The notes under the pieces: model-generated
What the model saw: only the letters and a program-made list of their open reading frames with translations
Told to the model about the DNA's origin: nothing
Database searches by the model: none
From: Elusimicrobiota bacterium
GTDB lineage: Bacteria > Elusimicrobiota > Elusimicrobia > UBA1565 > UBA9628
Direction: 5' to 3'
DNA length: 64,000 nucleotides
Assembly (NCBI GenBank): GCA_016207605.1
Contig: JACQPJ010000016.1
Coordinates: 2,452-66,451, forward strand
Shown here: positions 52,077-61,566 of the stretch, in pieces
How positions within the stretch are numbered: position 1 is the stretch's first letter
Layout of the letters: every line of letters starts with the position of its first letter
Translations under genes and position numbers: made by a program

Positions 52077-52641
52077 GCTTGAGCTCCTTTCGGCTGCCCG
52101 GCTTGACCACGGGCACGCCCGCGCGGCAGGGCGGACAGTCGGCCGCGGGCCAGGCCGGCACGGCCACGGCCCAGAGCGCGGCGTAGGGCACGCCCAGGGC
52201 GGAGCGGCCGTCGGAGCGGTCCACGATCGAGAGCGCGCCCACGACCTCGGCGCCCGCGGCCCGCGCGACCTCGAAGACCTCCTTGGTGGACTTGCCCGTG
52301 GTGACCACGTCCTCGACGACGAGCACGCGCTCCCCGGGCTTGAGCGAGAACCCCCGGCGCAGGCCCATGACCCCGTCCGTGCGCTCGGTGAAGTAGTGGC
52401 GCACGCCGAGCGAGCGCGCGACCTCCTGGCCGATGATGAGGCCGCCCATCGCGGGCGAGAGCACCAGGTCGGGCTTGGCCGTGGCCTTGGCCGCCAGGGC
52501 GCGGCCCAGCTCCTCGGCGGCGGCGGGCTGGGCGAGCACCAGGGCGCACTGCAGGTAGCGGTCGCTGTGCAGGCCCGAGGAGAGCAGGAAGTGCCCCTTG
52601 AGAAAAGCGCCGTGGTCCAGGAAGAGCTTTTCGACGTTCAT
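52069..52641 (-). CDS. pyrE: Orotate phosphoribosyltransferase.
   Basis: PRPP-binding motif VLVVEDVVTTG. Confidence 0.85.
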   Translation of the reverse strand: MNVEKLFLDHGAFLKGHFLLSSGLHSDRYLQCALVLAQPAAAEELGRALAAKATAKPDLVLSPAMGGLIIGQEVARSLGVRHYFTERTDGVMGLRRGFSLKPGERVLVVEDVVTTGKSTKEVFEVARAAGAEVVGALSIVDRSDGRSALGVPYAALWAVAVPAWPAADCPPCRAGVPVVKPGSRKELKHA

Positions 52642-53345
52642 TTGGCCTCCGTGGCTTTTGCCGTCGCCGCGCGCATCTCGGCCAGTATGTCTTGGGCCGC
52701 TTGGCGCGGGTCCTTGGCGTGAGTGATGGGTCGCCCGATCACGACGTAGTCGATGCCCAGCGCCGCGGCCTGGCCCGGCGTGGTCACGCGGTTCTGGTCG
52801 TTGAGGTTGGCGCCCGCGGGGCGGATGCCGGGCGTGACGAACTTCAAGCTCAAGCCCGGCAGGCGTCGGCGCAGCTCGGCCACGTCCTGGGGCGAGCAGA
52901 TGGTCGCGTCGGCGCCGTTCCCGCGCCCGAGCGCGGCCAGGGACTCGATCATGTCCGGCACGCGCGCCGAGGGATGCAGAACCTGGACGTCCTTGGGACC
53001 CAGGCTGGTCAGCACGGTCACGCCCCAAAGCTGGGGCCGCGGCGAGACCGCGGCGGCCGCGGCCACCATGTCCGCGCCGCCCAGCAGGTGCAGGGACACG
53101 GAGTCCGCGCCCAATTTATGGGCCTCCTGGACCGCGTGCTGGACGGTCTGGGGGATGTCGTGAAGCTTGAGGTCCAGGAAGAGCTTGCCGCCGTGCCGGC
53201 GCACCAGGTCCGCGGCGGCGCGGCCGTGCGCGGTGAAGAGCTGCAGTCCCACCTTGTACCAGCAGACGACGCCCTTGAGCGCCTTGAGCAGCCCCTCGGC
53301 GCGCTCCAAAGTGTCCACGTCCAAAGCGACGATGATTTCGGTCAA
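52638..53345 (-). CDS. pyrF: Orotidine-5'-phosphate decarboxylase.
   Basis: ALDVD...KVG...DLKLHDIP motifs. Confidence 0.85.
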   Translation of the reverse strand: MTEIIVALDVDTLERAEGLLKALKGVVCWYKVGLQLFTAHGRAAADLVRRHGGKLFLDLKLHDIPQTVQHAVQEAHKLGADSVSLHLLGGADMVAAAAAVSPRPQLWGVTVLTSLGPKDVQVLHPSARVPDMIESLAALGRGNGADATICSPQDVAELRRRLPGLSLKFVTPGIRPAGANLNDQNRVTTPGQAAALGIDYVVIGRPITHAKDPRQAAQDILAEMRAATAKATEAK

Positions 53346-54340
53346 GGGAGTCCCCCCAGGATGCGCCGGACCGTCCCCGGCCCGCCGTAGACCAGGCCGG
53401 TGTAGAGCTGGACCAGGTCCGCTCCGGCGGCCAGGCGCTCGCGGGCGTCCTCGGCGTTTTCAATCCCTCCAACGCCGATGATGGGCAGTTTCGTCTTAGC
53501 GCGCGCCTTGCGCGCGAGCTCCGTCGCCCGGGCCTTGAGCGGCGCGCCCGAAAGACCGCCGGCCTCGACCGACCACTTCGCGTCCACATCCTCGCGCCCG
53601 ATCGTCGTGTTGGCGACCACCAGTCCCTGCGCGAGCCTTTCCGCCGTCTCGATCGCGGCGGCGAAATCCTCGTCGGCGAGATCGGGCGCCAACTTGACCA
53701 AGACGGGCTTTTTCATCCCGTTGGCTTCTTGGACGGCCTCCAGGATCGCGGCCAGGTTCTTGACGCTCTGCAGGGCGCGCAGTCCCGGGGTGTTCGGAGA
53801 CGACACATTGACCACGAAGTAGTCGCCGTGCGCCGCGAGAATCCGGAAAGTTCCCGCGTAGGCCTGCGGCGCCTCCTCCGGCGCCGTGCCCTTGTTGAGG
53901 CCCAGGTTGATGCCCAGGGGAATCGGCGGCCGGGGACGGGAGGCCAGGCGCCGCGCGACCGCGGCTGCGCCCTCGCTGTTGAAGCCGAGGCGATTGATGA
54001 GCGCGCGCGACTCGGGGACGCGGAAGAGCCGCGGGCGCGGATTGCCGGGCTGGGGCTCCAGTGTTACCGAGCCGATCTCCAAAAAACCGAAGCCGAGCGC
54101 GGGCAGGATCGGGACCAGGCGCCCGTCCTTGTCGAAGCCGGCGGCCAGCCCGACGGGGTTGGGAAAGCGCAGCCCGAAGACGACGCGCTCCAGGCTCGGC
54201 CGCGATGGGCCGGCCATTCTCGCCGCGACCGCCGCGGCGCCGGGGAGCTCGGCGAGCAAGGCCATCAGGCCCGAGACCTCCTCGTGCGCGCGTTCCGCGT
54301 CGAGGCGGAACAGCCACGGCCGCGCCAGCTCATAGAGCAT
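53342..54340 (-). CDS. pyrD: Dihydroorotate dehydrogenase, class 2 (quinone).
   Basis: Class-2 N-terminal extension and the conserved GFLEIGSVT... motifs. Confidence 0.85.
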   Translation of the reverse strand: MLYELARPWLFRLDAERAHEEVSGLMALLAELPGAAAVAARMAGPSRPSLERVVFGLRFPNPVGLAAGFDKDGRLVPILPALGFGFLEIGSVTLEPQPGNPRPRLFRVPESRALINRLGFNSEGAAAVARRLASRPRPPIPLGINLGLNKGTAPEEAPQAYAGTFRILAAHGDYFVVNVSSPNTPGLRALQSVKNLAAILEAVQEANGMKKPVLVKLAPDLADEDFAAAIETAERLAQGLVVANTTIGREDVDAKWSVEAGGLSGAPLKARATELARKARAKTKLPIIGVGGIENAEDARERLAAGADLVQLYTGLVYGGPGTVRRILGGLP

Positions 54341-55622
54341 GGACCACGCGTCCGGCGACGAGGGTCTTGACCGCGCGGCCCTTGAGCGGGCGTCCCGCGA
54401 AGGGCGTGTTGCGGCTCTTGGAGCGGAAGGGCGGCGCGGGCGTCCAGGAGGCGCCCGGGTCTACCAGGACCAGATCGGCGTCCGCGCCCGGCGCCAGCGT
54501 GCCCTTGCCCTTGAGCCCGAGCAAGGCGGCCGGCGCCGAGGACATGCGCTCGACGAGCGCGCGCCGCGAGAGGACCTTGCCGCGGACCAATTCGGTCAGC
54601 GCGACGGCCAGGGAGGTCTCCAGGCCGATCACGCCGAAGGGCGCCAGGTCCAGGCCCTGCGCCTTGGCCCCGCAGCCGTGGGGCGCGTGATCGGTGGCGA
54701 TCGCGTCGATCGTCCCGTCGGCCAAGCCCTCGCGCAGGGCCGCGCGGTCTTCTCCGCCGCGCAGGGGCGGGTTCATTTTCCAATTCGCGTCCAAGTCAGG
54801 GATCATCCCGTCGGTCAGCGCGAAGTGGTGGGGGCAGGCCTCGGCGCTGACCGGCACGCCGCGGCGCTTGGCCCGGCGCACGGCCTCCACCGAGGCCGCC
54901 GCGGAGAGGTGCGCGAGGTGGACGCGGCCTCCCGTGAGCTCGGCCAGCGCGACGTCGCGCAGGACCTGCACGGTCTCCGCGGCGCCGGGAGCTCCTTTAA
55001 GGCCCTTGCGCAGAGCCGGCGCGCCCTCGTGGACGCAGGCGCCGGCCGAGAGGGTGAGGTCCTCGCAGTGGTCTATGACGAGCAGGCCCAGGTCCTTGGC
55101 GTACTCCAGCGCGCGGCGCATCAGCCCCGCGCTCATCACCGGCCGCCCGTCGTCGGAGAGCGCGGCGGCGCCGGCGGCCTTGAGCCGCGCGAACTCGGTC
55201 AGGCGCTCGCCCCTCTGTCCGGCGGTGACGGCGGCCGCGAAGAGGACGTTCACCTGGGCGTCCCGCGCGGCCTTGGCGCGCAGAAAGGCGAGCTGGGAGG
55301 GGGAGTCCGTGACCGGCTCGGTGTTGGCCATGGCGAGCACGGTGGTGACACCCCCGGCCGCGGCCGCGGCCGTCCCGGTCGCGATCGTCTCGTCGCCCTC
55401 GCGCCCTGGCTCGCGCAGGTGGACGTGCATGTCCACCAGGCCGGGGATCACCCACAACCCCTTCGCGTCGAGCGTCGGCGTTCCCTTCAAGCCGGCTTTT
55501 TTGGCCAAGCCCGCGGCCGCGTCCTTGATTTTTCCGTTCTCGATCAGGACGTCGCGCACCGCCTCCAGCTTGCGGCGCGGGTCGATCACGAGCCCGCCGG
55601 CGACGAGCAGGCGCTCAGCCAC
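54330..55622 (-). CDS. pyrC: Dihydroorotase (GTG start).
   Basis: Amidohydrolase HxH (DMHVHLREPG) and downstream metal ligands. Confidence 0.8.
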   Translation of the reverse strand: MAERLLVAGGLVIDPRRKLEAVRDVLIENGKIKDAAAGLAKKAGLKGTPTLDAKGLWVIPGLVDMHVHLREPGREGDETIATGTAAAAAGGVTTVLAMANTEPVTDSPSQLAFLRAKAARDAQVNVLFAAAVTAGQRGERLTEFARLKAAGAAALSDDGRPVMSAGLMRRALEYAKDLGLLVIDHCEDLTLSAGACVHEGAPALRKGLKGAPGAAETVQVLRDVALAELTGGRVHLAHLSAAASVEAVRRAKRRGVPVSAEACPHHFALTDGMIPDLDANWKMNPPLRGGEDRAALREGLADGTIDAIATDHAPHGCGAKAQGLDLAPFGVIGLETSLAVALTELVRGKVLSRRALVERMSSAPAALLGLKGKGTLAPGADADLVLVDPGASWTPAPPFRSKSRNTPFAGRPLKGRAVKTLVAGRVVHAL

Positions 55623-56535
55623 GGGCTCGTTCCTGCTCGCAGAGCGCGAGCACGGCCATGCGGATCAAGACGCCGTTGGCGACTTGGTCGAGGATCACGG
55701 AGCGCGGCCCGTCGGCGACCTCGGAGGAGATCTCCACGCCGCGGTTGATGGGCCCCGGATGCAGCACCAGGCCGTCGGGCTTGAGCAGGGCGAGCCTCTC
55801 GGGCGTGAGCTGGTAGGCGGCGGCGTAGTCGGCCAGGGAGGGCACGAAGCCCTGCTCCATGCGCTCGAGCTGGAGGCGCAGGACGTTGACCGCGTTGGCG
55901 CCGCGCAGGGCCTTCTCGACGTCGTGCTCGATACGCGCGCCCAGGGCCGCGAATTCCCGCGGGACCAGCGGCGTGGGCCCGCAGAACACGACAGAGGCCC
56001 CCAGCGTCTTGAGCGCGAAGAGGTTGGAGCGCGCCACGCGGCTGTGGCGTATGTCGCCCAGGATCACCACGCGTTTGCCTTTCAGCGAGCCCCAGCGCTC
56101 GCGCAGGGTCATGACATCGAGAAGCGCTTGGGTGGGATGCTCGTGCCAGCCGTCGCCGGCGTTGACTACGCAGGCCTTCAGCCGCGGCGCCAAATCCTCC
56201 AGCACGCCCGAGCGGTCGTAGCGGAGGATGAAGTGCGTCACCCCGATGGCCTGCAGGTTGAGCGCCGTGTCGAGCAAGGTCTCGCCCTTCGCGAGCGACG
56301 AGCCCGCCGCCGAGAAGCTCAAAACCTCCGCGCCCAGTCGCCGCGCGGCCATCTCGAAGGACGAACGGGTGCGCGTGGACGGCTCGGAGAAGAGGAAGGC
56401 CGCGGTGCGCCCGGCAAGGAGCGGCTTGGGGGGAGAGTCCTTGAAAGCCGCCGCCGCATCGAGAAGGCTCTCGATCTCGTCTGCCTCCAGCCCTTCCAGG
56501 CCGAGCAGGTCCTTGCGGCCCCAGTCTTTCGTCAC
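55615..56535 (-). CDS. pyrB: Aspartate carbamoyltransferase catalytic subunit (GTG start).
   Basis: STRTR and HPTQ motifs of the ATCase/OTCase family. Confidence 0.85.
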   Translation of the reverse strand: MTKDWGRKDLLGLEGLEADEIESLLDAAAAFKDSPPKPLLAGRTAAFLFSEPSTRTRSSFEMAARRLGAEVLSFSAAGSSLAKGETLLDTALNLQAIGVTHFILRYDRSGVLEDLAPRLKACVVNAGDGWHEHPTQALLDVMTLRERWGSLKGKRVVILGDIRHSRVARSNLFALKTLGASVVFCGPTPLVPREFAALGARIEHDVEKALRGANAVNVLRLQLERMEQGFVPSLADYAAAYQLTPERLALLKPDGLVLHPGPINRGVEISSEVADGPRSVILDQVANGVLIRMAVLALCEQERARG

Positions 56536-56616
56536 TCGCGGTTCGGTTCGGCGGAAGGAACCCCGCCTTACGGATTAAACTATTTTTGCCGCCCGCCCGT
56601 CAAAACGAACCGGCCG

Positions 56617-57018
56617 TCACCATTCCTCCACCCGCAAGCCGGGGACGCGCTTGAATTCGCGCACGTTGCGCGTGATGAGCGCGTGCCCCAGCGCCACGCA
56701 AGAGGCCGCCAGCCATAGGTCGTGGGCCCCGATGGGCGAGCCTTTGGCCTCCAACTCCGCCCAGAGCTGGGCGTGCGTCCTCGCCACGGCCAGCTCGATC
56801 GGCAAAACGGGGAAACGCTCCAAGATTCCTTCCACGAAGGCGGCCCGTTGCGCGCGCATCTTGGCGTCCTTGGCCCGCCAAACGCCGTGCAGAAGCTCGC
56901 TGGCGGTGACGACGGAGATGAAGAACTCATCATCCTTTCGCCCCTCGACCTTGGCGGCGACATTCAGAAGGCCGCGTTCCGCGGCGATCAGGGCGTTCGA
57001 GTCGATCAGGACCCCCAA
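56617..57018 (-). CDS. vapC: PIN-domain toxin (VapC).
   Basis: MGVLIDSNALIAAERG PIN N-terminus and acidic residues; 13-nt overlap with the antitoxin gene. Confidence 0.7.
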   Translation of the reverse strand: MGVLIDSNALIAAERGLLNVAAKVEGRKDDEFFISVVTASELLHGVWRAKDAKMRAQRAAFVEGILERFPVLPIELAVARTHAQLWAELEAKGSPIGAHDLWLAASCVALGHALITRNVREFKRVPGLRVEEW

Positions 57019-57278
57019 GGATCCCTCGCGGGGCGGCGATTCAAGGATTTTTTCGCCGCCGTCACGTCGCGCTCGAAATCACGCGCATCCCCCGGCTCCA
57101 TGCGCGGCAGCGTCTTGAGGAGCGCGGGCAACTCCCCCAGCCGCCGCCCCCGCGGCGCGGGATGGAGTTCCGCGAGGACTTTCTTCCCCCGAACGAGCAG
57201 GAAGCTTTCCCCCGCGTAGGAGACGCGGTTCAGATAATCCGAAAAATGCCTGGCCATTTCCGTCACCGTCACGTTCAT
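57006..57278 (-). CDS. Phd/YefM-family antitoxin.
   Basis: MNVTVTEMARHFSDYLNRV YefM-like N-terminus. Confidence 0.6.
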   Translation of the reverse strand: MNVTVTEMARHFSDYLNRVSYAGESFLLVRGKKVLAELHPAPRGRRLGELPALLKTLPRMEPGDARDFERDVTAAKKSLNRRPARDPWGS

Positions 57279-57566
57279 AATGCCTCCTGCCCAAACGTTT
57301 AACTGTTTATCAGTTTATCAGATAATATGATAAAAATCAATGACACAAGTAAGGAGTAAGGAATCCTGCTTGATAAATTTGTCGCGTTAGAATACCATCG
57401 GGTGAAGCCAAAAGTTGGAGCCGCACTCCATAGCCGGGGTGGTTGCAAGCGTCAAGATAGCAGGGAGAGATTCGTGTTTGAACTATTGGGCGGCATTCGG
57501 AAAGCGCACTGGAATCGCCAATGCTCTGCTGCCGTACAACGCGGGCAGGAAAATTATCTTGAATAC

Positions 57567-58133
57567 ATGAACAAATGGGCCCGAGAGAAGAATGCCGTGC
57601 CTCCTCGATCAGGCCCGGTAACGATGGATCAGTTTGTCGCCCTTGCTTCCATTTATTCTGCAAGTATCGGCTGGTTTGAGGCATTCAAAACTCCAGAGTT
57701 CGATGGGGTCTTTATTCATGTTCCTCCTGATGCCGCGTTTCGAAAGAGAGCGCTAGAATTCAGCATGTACCATCACTTTTTGCATTCGCTCATCTGGACC
57801 TCATTTGGTATCTCAGAGAAAGCGCTTTCACAGGTTGCCGAGAACTTTGGAATCGCGATGATGCTCGCAGGCTTCATCAAGGAGAAGTCTGAGTTCGATG
57901 GATTCCAAAAGCTGTTTGCCAACCGCATGTCCCAATATGGGGAGTGCCTGAAGAACCAGAAGGCGGCGGTCACACCGGCTTTATTGATGGCTGAAATTCT
58001 TGCCGGCCAACTGTTTGATGACGGAGACTCCCTTAGAAAATCCAGATTCAAAATAGCCCTGTCTTCAAACCTTGCCGCCTCGGTGGCCGACCTAAAAACA
58101 ATGTATTCGCGTTTCCAACTGAAAGCAGCATAG
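57567..58133 (+). CDS. Orphan hypothetical protein, low GC; the ORF may instead start at 57402.
   Basis: GC around 48% against about 70% background; no recognisable motif. Confidence 0.3.
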   Translation: MNKWAREKNAVPPRSGPVTMDQFVALASIYSASIGWFEAFKTPEFDGVFIHVPPDAAFRKRALEFSMYHHFLHSLIWTSFGISEKALSQVAENFGIAMMLAGFIKEKSEFDGFQKLFANRMSQYGECLKNQKAAVTPALLMAEILAGQLFDDGDSLRKSRFKIALSSNLAASVADLKTMYSRFQLKAA

Positions 58134-58196
58134 CCCCGGGCAAGAAAATCTACGGGGGAAGGGTTTGGCGTGATCTCGCGTGCTGGATGTCGAGAC

Positions 58197-60122
58197 CTAC
58201 GTATGAGCGGACGCCAGGGCGCGGGCCAACGCTGAGACGAAAGACGTCGCGTTGGGCCAGCGCGCCGAAGGCTCCGGCTCCAGCGCGCGGCCGATCACGG
58301 CGTCCACCTGGGGGTTGAGCCCCGGCACCTGCTCCGAGAGGGGCCGGTACAGCTTCTGCGCCTTCATCATCATTCCGCCGCCGCTGACCGGGAAGGGTGG
58401 GCGGCCGCAGAGCATTTCGTAGACGCAGCAGCCCAGCGCATAGATGTCGGTCGCGGGGCGCGCCAACTGGCCCGCCTCCTGCTCCGGCGCCATATAGGCG
58501 GGCGTGCCGGAAATCTCGAGCTTGGACATGGTCGAGAGCGTCTCCGCCACGCGACGAGCGATGCCGAAGTCCATTACCTTGGAGTTGTTGTTTTTATCCA
58601 GCATGATGTTGGCCGGCTTCAAGTCCTGGTGCACGATCCCTTTCAAATGCGCGTAATCCAAGGCCAGCGCCACCTGACGTGAAATCGCCACCGTTTCCTC
58701 CGGCGTCAGGGGGCTCCGGCCCAGCCTCTCGTGCAGGGTCTCCCCATCGACGCGCTCGAACACCAGGAACAGTCCCCCGTCCTCGTGGACCGAGTGGATC
58801 TCCACGATGTTGGGATGATGAAGCGAGGCCACCATGCGCGCCTCCTTCAGGAACCGCTGGCGCTCCCGTGGGTTGTTGGCCACCTCGTCCCTCAGCTTCT
58901 TGATGGCCACCGTCCGCTCCAGGGCCAGGTCCCTGGCCTCGTAGACCACGCCCATGCCGCCCGTCCCCAGCGTGCGCACGAGCTGGAAGCCGCCGGGCAT
59001 GGCGTCGGGCCGCGGCGCGGGCTGCAGCTCGTCGAGACGCACCATCCGCCGCGAGATGGACGTAAACCCCGTTTTTTTAAGCGCCGCGAACGAGAAGAAC
59101 AGCAGGGCCGTGCCCACCGCCGCCAGCCACACGAGGCTCGGCCGCGGCTTGGACTTGGGCCGCAGGGGCGAGGACTCGGCGAGCTGCTTTTGGTGATAAA
59201 GCTCCGCAAACCTGGGGTTGAATTCGGCCGCTTTCTTAAGGGCAGCCAGGGCCTCGCCGCGGCGCTTCTCGGGCACGTTCTCCCGGCTGTAGAGCCACAG
59301 GTACTTGCTGCCCTTGAGGGTCTCGTCGCCTGACTCCAGCAGCTCGCGGTGTTCCTGCCTGCGCACCGTGTCTACCGCCTTGCCGAGGTGGCCCATGACG
59401 TGGAAGCGGTCGAAGACGATCTTCTCGACGGCGTCCGGCACGCGCGCCAGTGTCGCCTGGATGGAGGGCTCCCACATATCCATCGCCACCGCCTCGATTC
59501 CCGCCAACTGCTCCTTGCTCAGCCCGGCGTAGTAGCCGTCGAGACTCTCCTGCTTGCGGTCCTCGCTGATGTGCTCGACCGTGCCCTCCTCCAAATCGCA
59601 GACCAGCGTCAGGTACCGGTGCCCTTTGGCTGCCGCCTTCTCATCAACGCCGATGTGGCGCACCACTTTGCGCGCCTTGCGGTCTCGCCCGCGCCGGACC
59701 GCCCGCTGCATCAAGCCCCACGCCTCGTCCCAGCTGATCCGCAGGATTCTCGTCGCCCCGCTTACGTCGCACCGGCTGAGCACGCCGATGGCCAGCCGCT
59801 CGAACAGCAGCGTGAACCGTGACCGTGGCTCCGCCCACGGTACCTTGACCTGCACGACGCCGTGCTCGTCGCACTCCACGCGTGGGATGCGTGCGTGCAG
59901 GTAGGTCTGGAACTGGCAGCTATCCAAGTGCCGCCACGTGCGCTCCTCGGCGTGGTCGTAGAGCGCCAGCTTCGCGGCGCACTGCGGGCATGTCCACCCG
60001 GCGTCTTGCGGCTGCTCGGCCCACACGTCCACGCGCTGTGTCTTCACGTCCAGGTTCACGCGAGCCACCGCCCACGGCGACTGCAATCCGAGCAGGTACT
60101 GGTAGAGCGCGGTGTCTTGCAT
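58197..60122 (-). pseudogene. In-frame chimera: a 3'-truncated ISL3-family transposase (about aa 1-318) fused to a TM helix plus a complete Ser/Thr protein kinase catalytic domain (about aa 325-641).
   Basis: ISL3 transposase motifs (MQDTALYQYLLGL...WRHLD...HIGVDEKA...FDRFHV...) followed by a TM segment and Hanks kinase motifs (GxGxxG, VAIK, HQDLKPAN, DFG, APE). Confidence 0.6.
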
Positions 60123-60200
60123 GGCGGCCTCCTTGCGAGGCCACCATTTTATCCTACCCGACGGTCACCCACGCCAAACCCGGAAGCGCTAGTTTCTTTT
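59170..60200 (-). mobile_element. ISL3-family insertion sequence remnant (transposase 5' portion plus upstream end region); ends not defined.
   Basis: Transposase homology; the flanking AT-rich sequence at 60180-60310 marks a compositional boundary. Confidence 0.45.
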
Positions 60201-60319
60201 TAGACAGTTCTTCTCAAATCTACTAGACGGGATAGAAATGAAAAGTTTTCTGCATATAAAATACTCTCTTATGAAAATTAACACTTTACATTAAAGAAAC
60301 AATATGTCAGCATCCAGCC

Positions 60320-60466
60320 ATGGCGGCGCAGTTCTCCGTCCTGGTCGTTGAAGACGACGCCCTCGCCCAGAAGATCATGACGGCGCATCTGGCGCCGCAC
60401 CAGGCGGATTTCGCCGATGACGCCGCGGCCGCGCGCCGCAAGCTCGCCTCGGGCCGCTACGACTGA
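60320..60466 (+). pseudogene. Response-regulator receiver domain N-terminal fragment (48 aa).
   Basis: The translation has the VLVVEDD acidic-pocket start of a receiver domain and then stops. Confidence 0.3.
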
Positions 60467-60780
60467 TGGGCCCTAATAACCCGAGTGGGTCAAGAGCTTT
60501 TCAAGGAACACTTCCTGCGCGCCGGGGACGGCTCCGACCAGTAGTGGGCGCATCTCTGCGGGATTTTAACCGCCGCTCGCGGCCTTCATGCCCAGCGCGG
60601 AGGCGGTGGCGCGGGACATCCTTCACGGCGCCGCCGCCGCCCAGCCGGCGCTCTCCGATGACGGGCCTCCACCTGGAAATGCAGCGCGTCCATAGCATCA
60701 GGCTCTCCCGCCGGTCCATCGCCCAATACAGGAAGGACATGACGCGAGACAAGAACACCATGACGATCGGAGATGCAAAG

Positions 60781-61566
60781 ATGAAGACAATCCATGCCGG
60801 GAACGCGGCCAGGAGCCTCGCGGAGCAAGCAGGCTACAGCGGCACCGTCGAGTACATATACACCGCGGACCATCCGGAGGTCCTGCGCTGGACCAGCCAC
60901 TTTGAGGGGCTGGCGGCGCGGGAGGGGGTGTTCGAGGCTTTCGAGGCGGCCTGCCCCAGGTCTTGGCGCCGCGCCACGGTCGTCAGCGCGCTCTGGCACC
61001 GATTTTCCTCATTCATGCCATGGTTCCTCTGCCAGGCTGCAGCGATGGTCTCCACGAACGAGAAGCGCCACTACGTGATCCAGACGGCCTTCGAGGAGCT
61101 TGGCATGCGCGACGCGCGCGAGATCCACTGCGACATGTTTTGGAACGCCGCCGCACAGGCAGGCGTAAGTGAGAAGGATCGGGCCGAGGTCCTGGCGGAC
61201 GTCCCGGCCGCTACGGCCCTGGCCTCCCTTCGGGGGGCGCTTCTTTCCTACGGCACGGACGAGGAGGTGCTCGGCATCCTGCTCGGCCTCGAGATCCCGG
61301 CGCGGGAGAACATCGAGACGGTGTTCCGGTCGCTGGCCCACGACGACGGGACGGCGGTTGCGCTCGACGCTCACCGCTTCTTCATCTTCCACCGCCAGAT
61401 CGAGATCGAGCACGTGCGGCTGACGGTGGCTAACTTCGTGAGGTACTGCCGGACCGAGGAACAGAGGCGCCGCTTCCAGCGGGGCTTCTCCAATGGGCTC
61501 GGGTTCTGGAGCCGCTTCTGGAACACCGCCTCCGACCTGGTGGGAGTCCCCGCCCGCGCCTCATGA
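60781..61566 (+). CDS. Putative heme-oxygenase-like (CADD/PqqC/TenA-fold) iron-dependent redox enzyme; alternative starts at 60739 and 60760.
   Basis: Helical roughly 260-aa protein with Glu/His-containing motifs (AFEELGMRDAREIH, HRFFIFHRQIEIEH) suggestive of di-iron ligand sets; GGAGA RBS before 60781. Confidence 0.4.
   Translation: MKTIHAGNAARSLAEQAGYSGTVEYIYTADHPEVLRWTSHFEGLAAREGVFEAFEAACPRSWRRATVVSALWHRFSSFMPWFLCQAAAMVSTNEKRHYVIQTAFEELGMRDAREIHCDMFWNAAAQAGVSEKDRAEVLADVPAATALASLRGALLSYGTDEEVLGILLGLEIPARENIETVFRSLAHDDGTAVALDAHRFFIFHRQIEIEHVRLTVANFVRYCRTEEQRRRFQRGFSNGLGFWSRFWNTASDLVGVPARAS

Noticed and set aside
56536-56616. PyrR-binding attenuator upstream of pyrB.
   Set aside because: The 5' leader lacks the UCCAGAGAGG PyrR loop motif; only a weak 5-bp hairpin is present.
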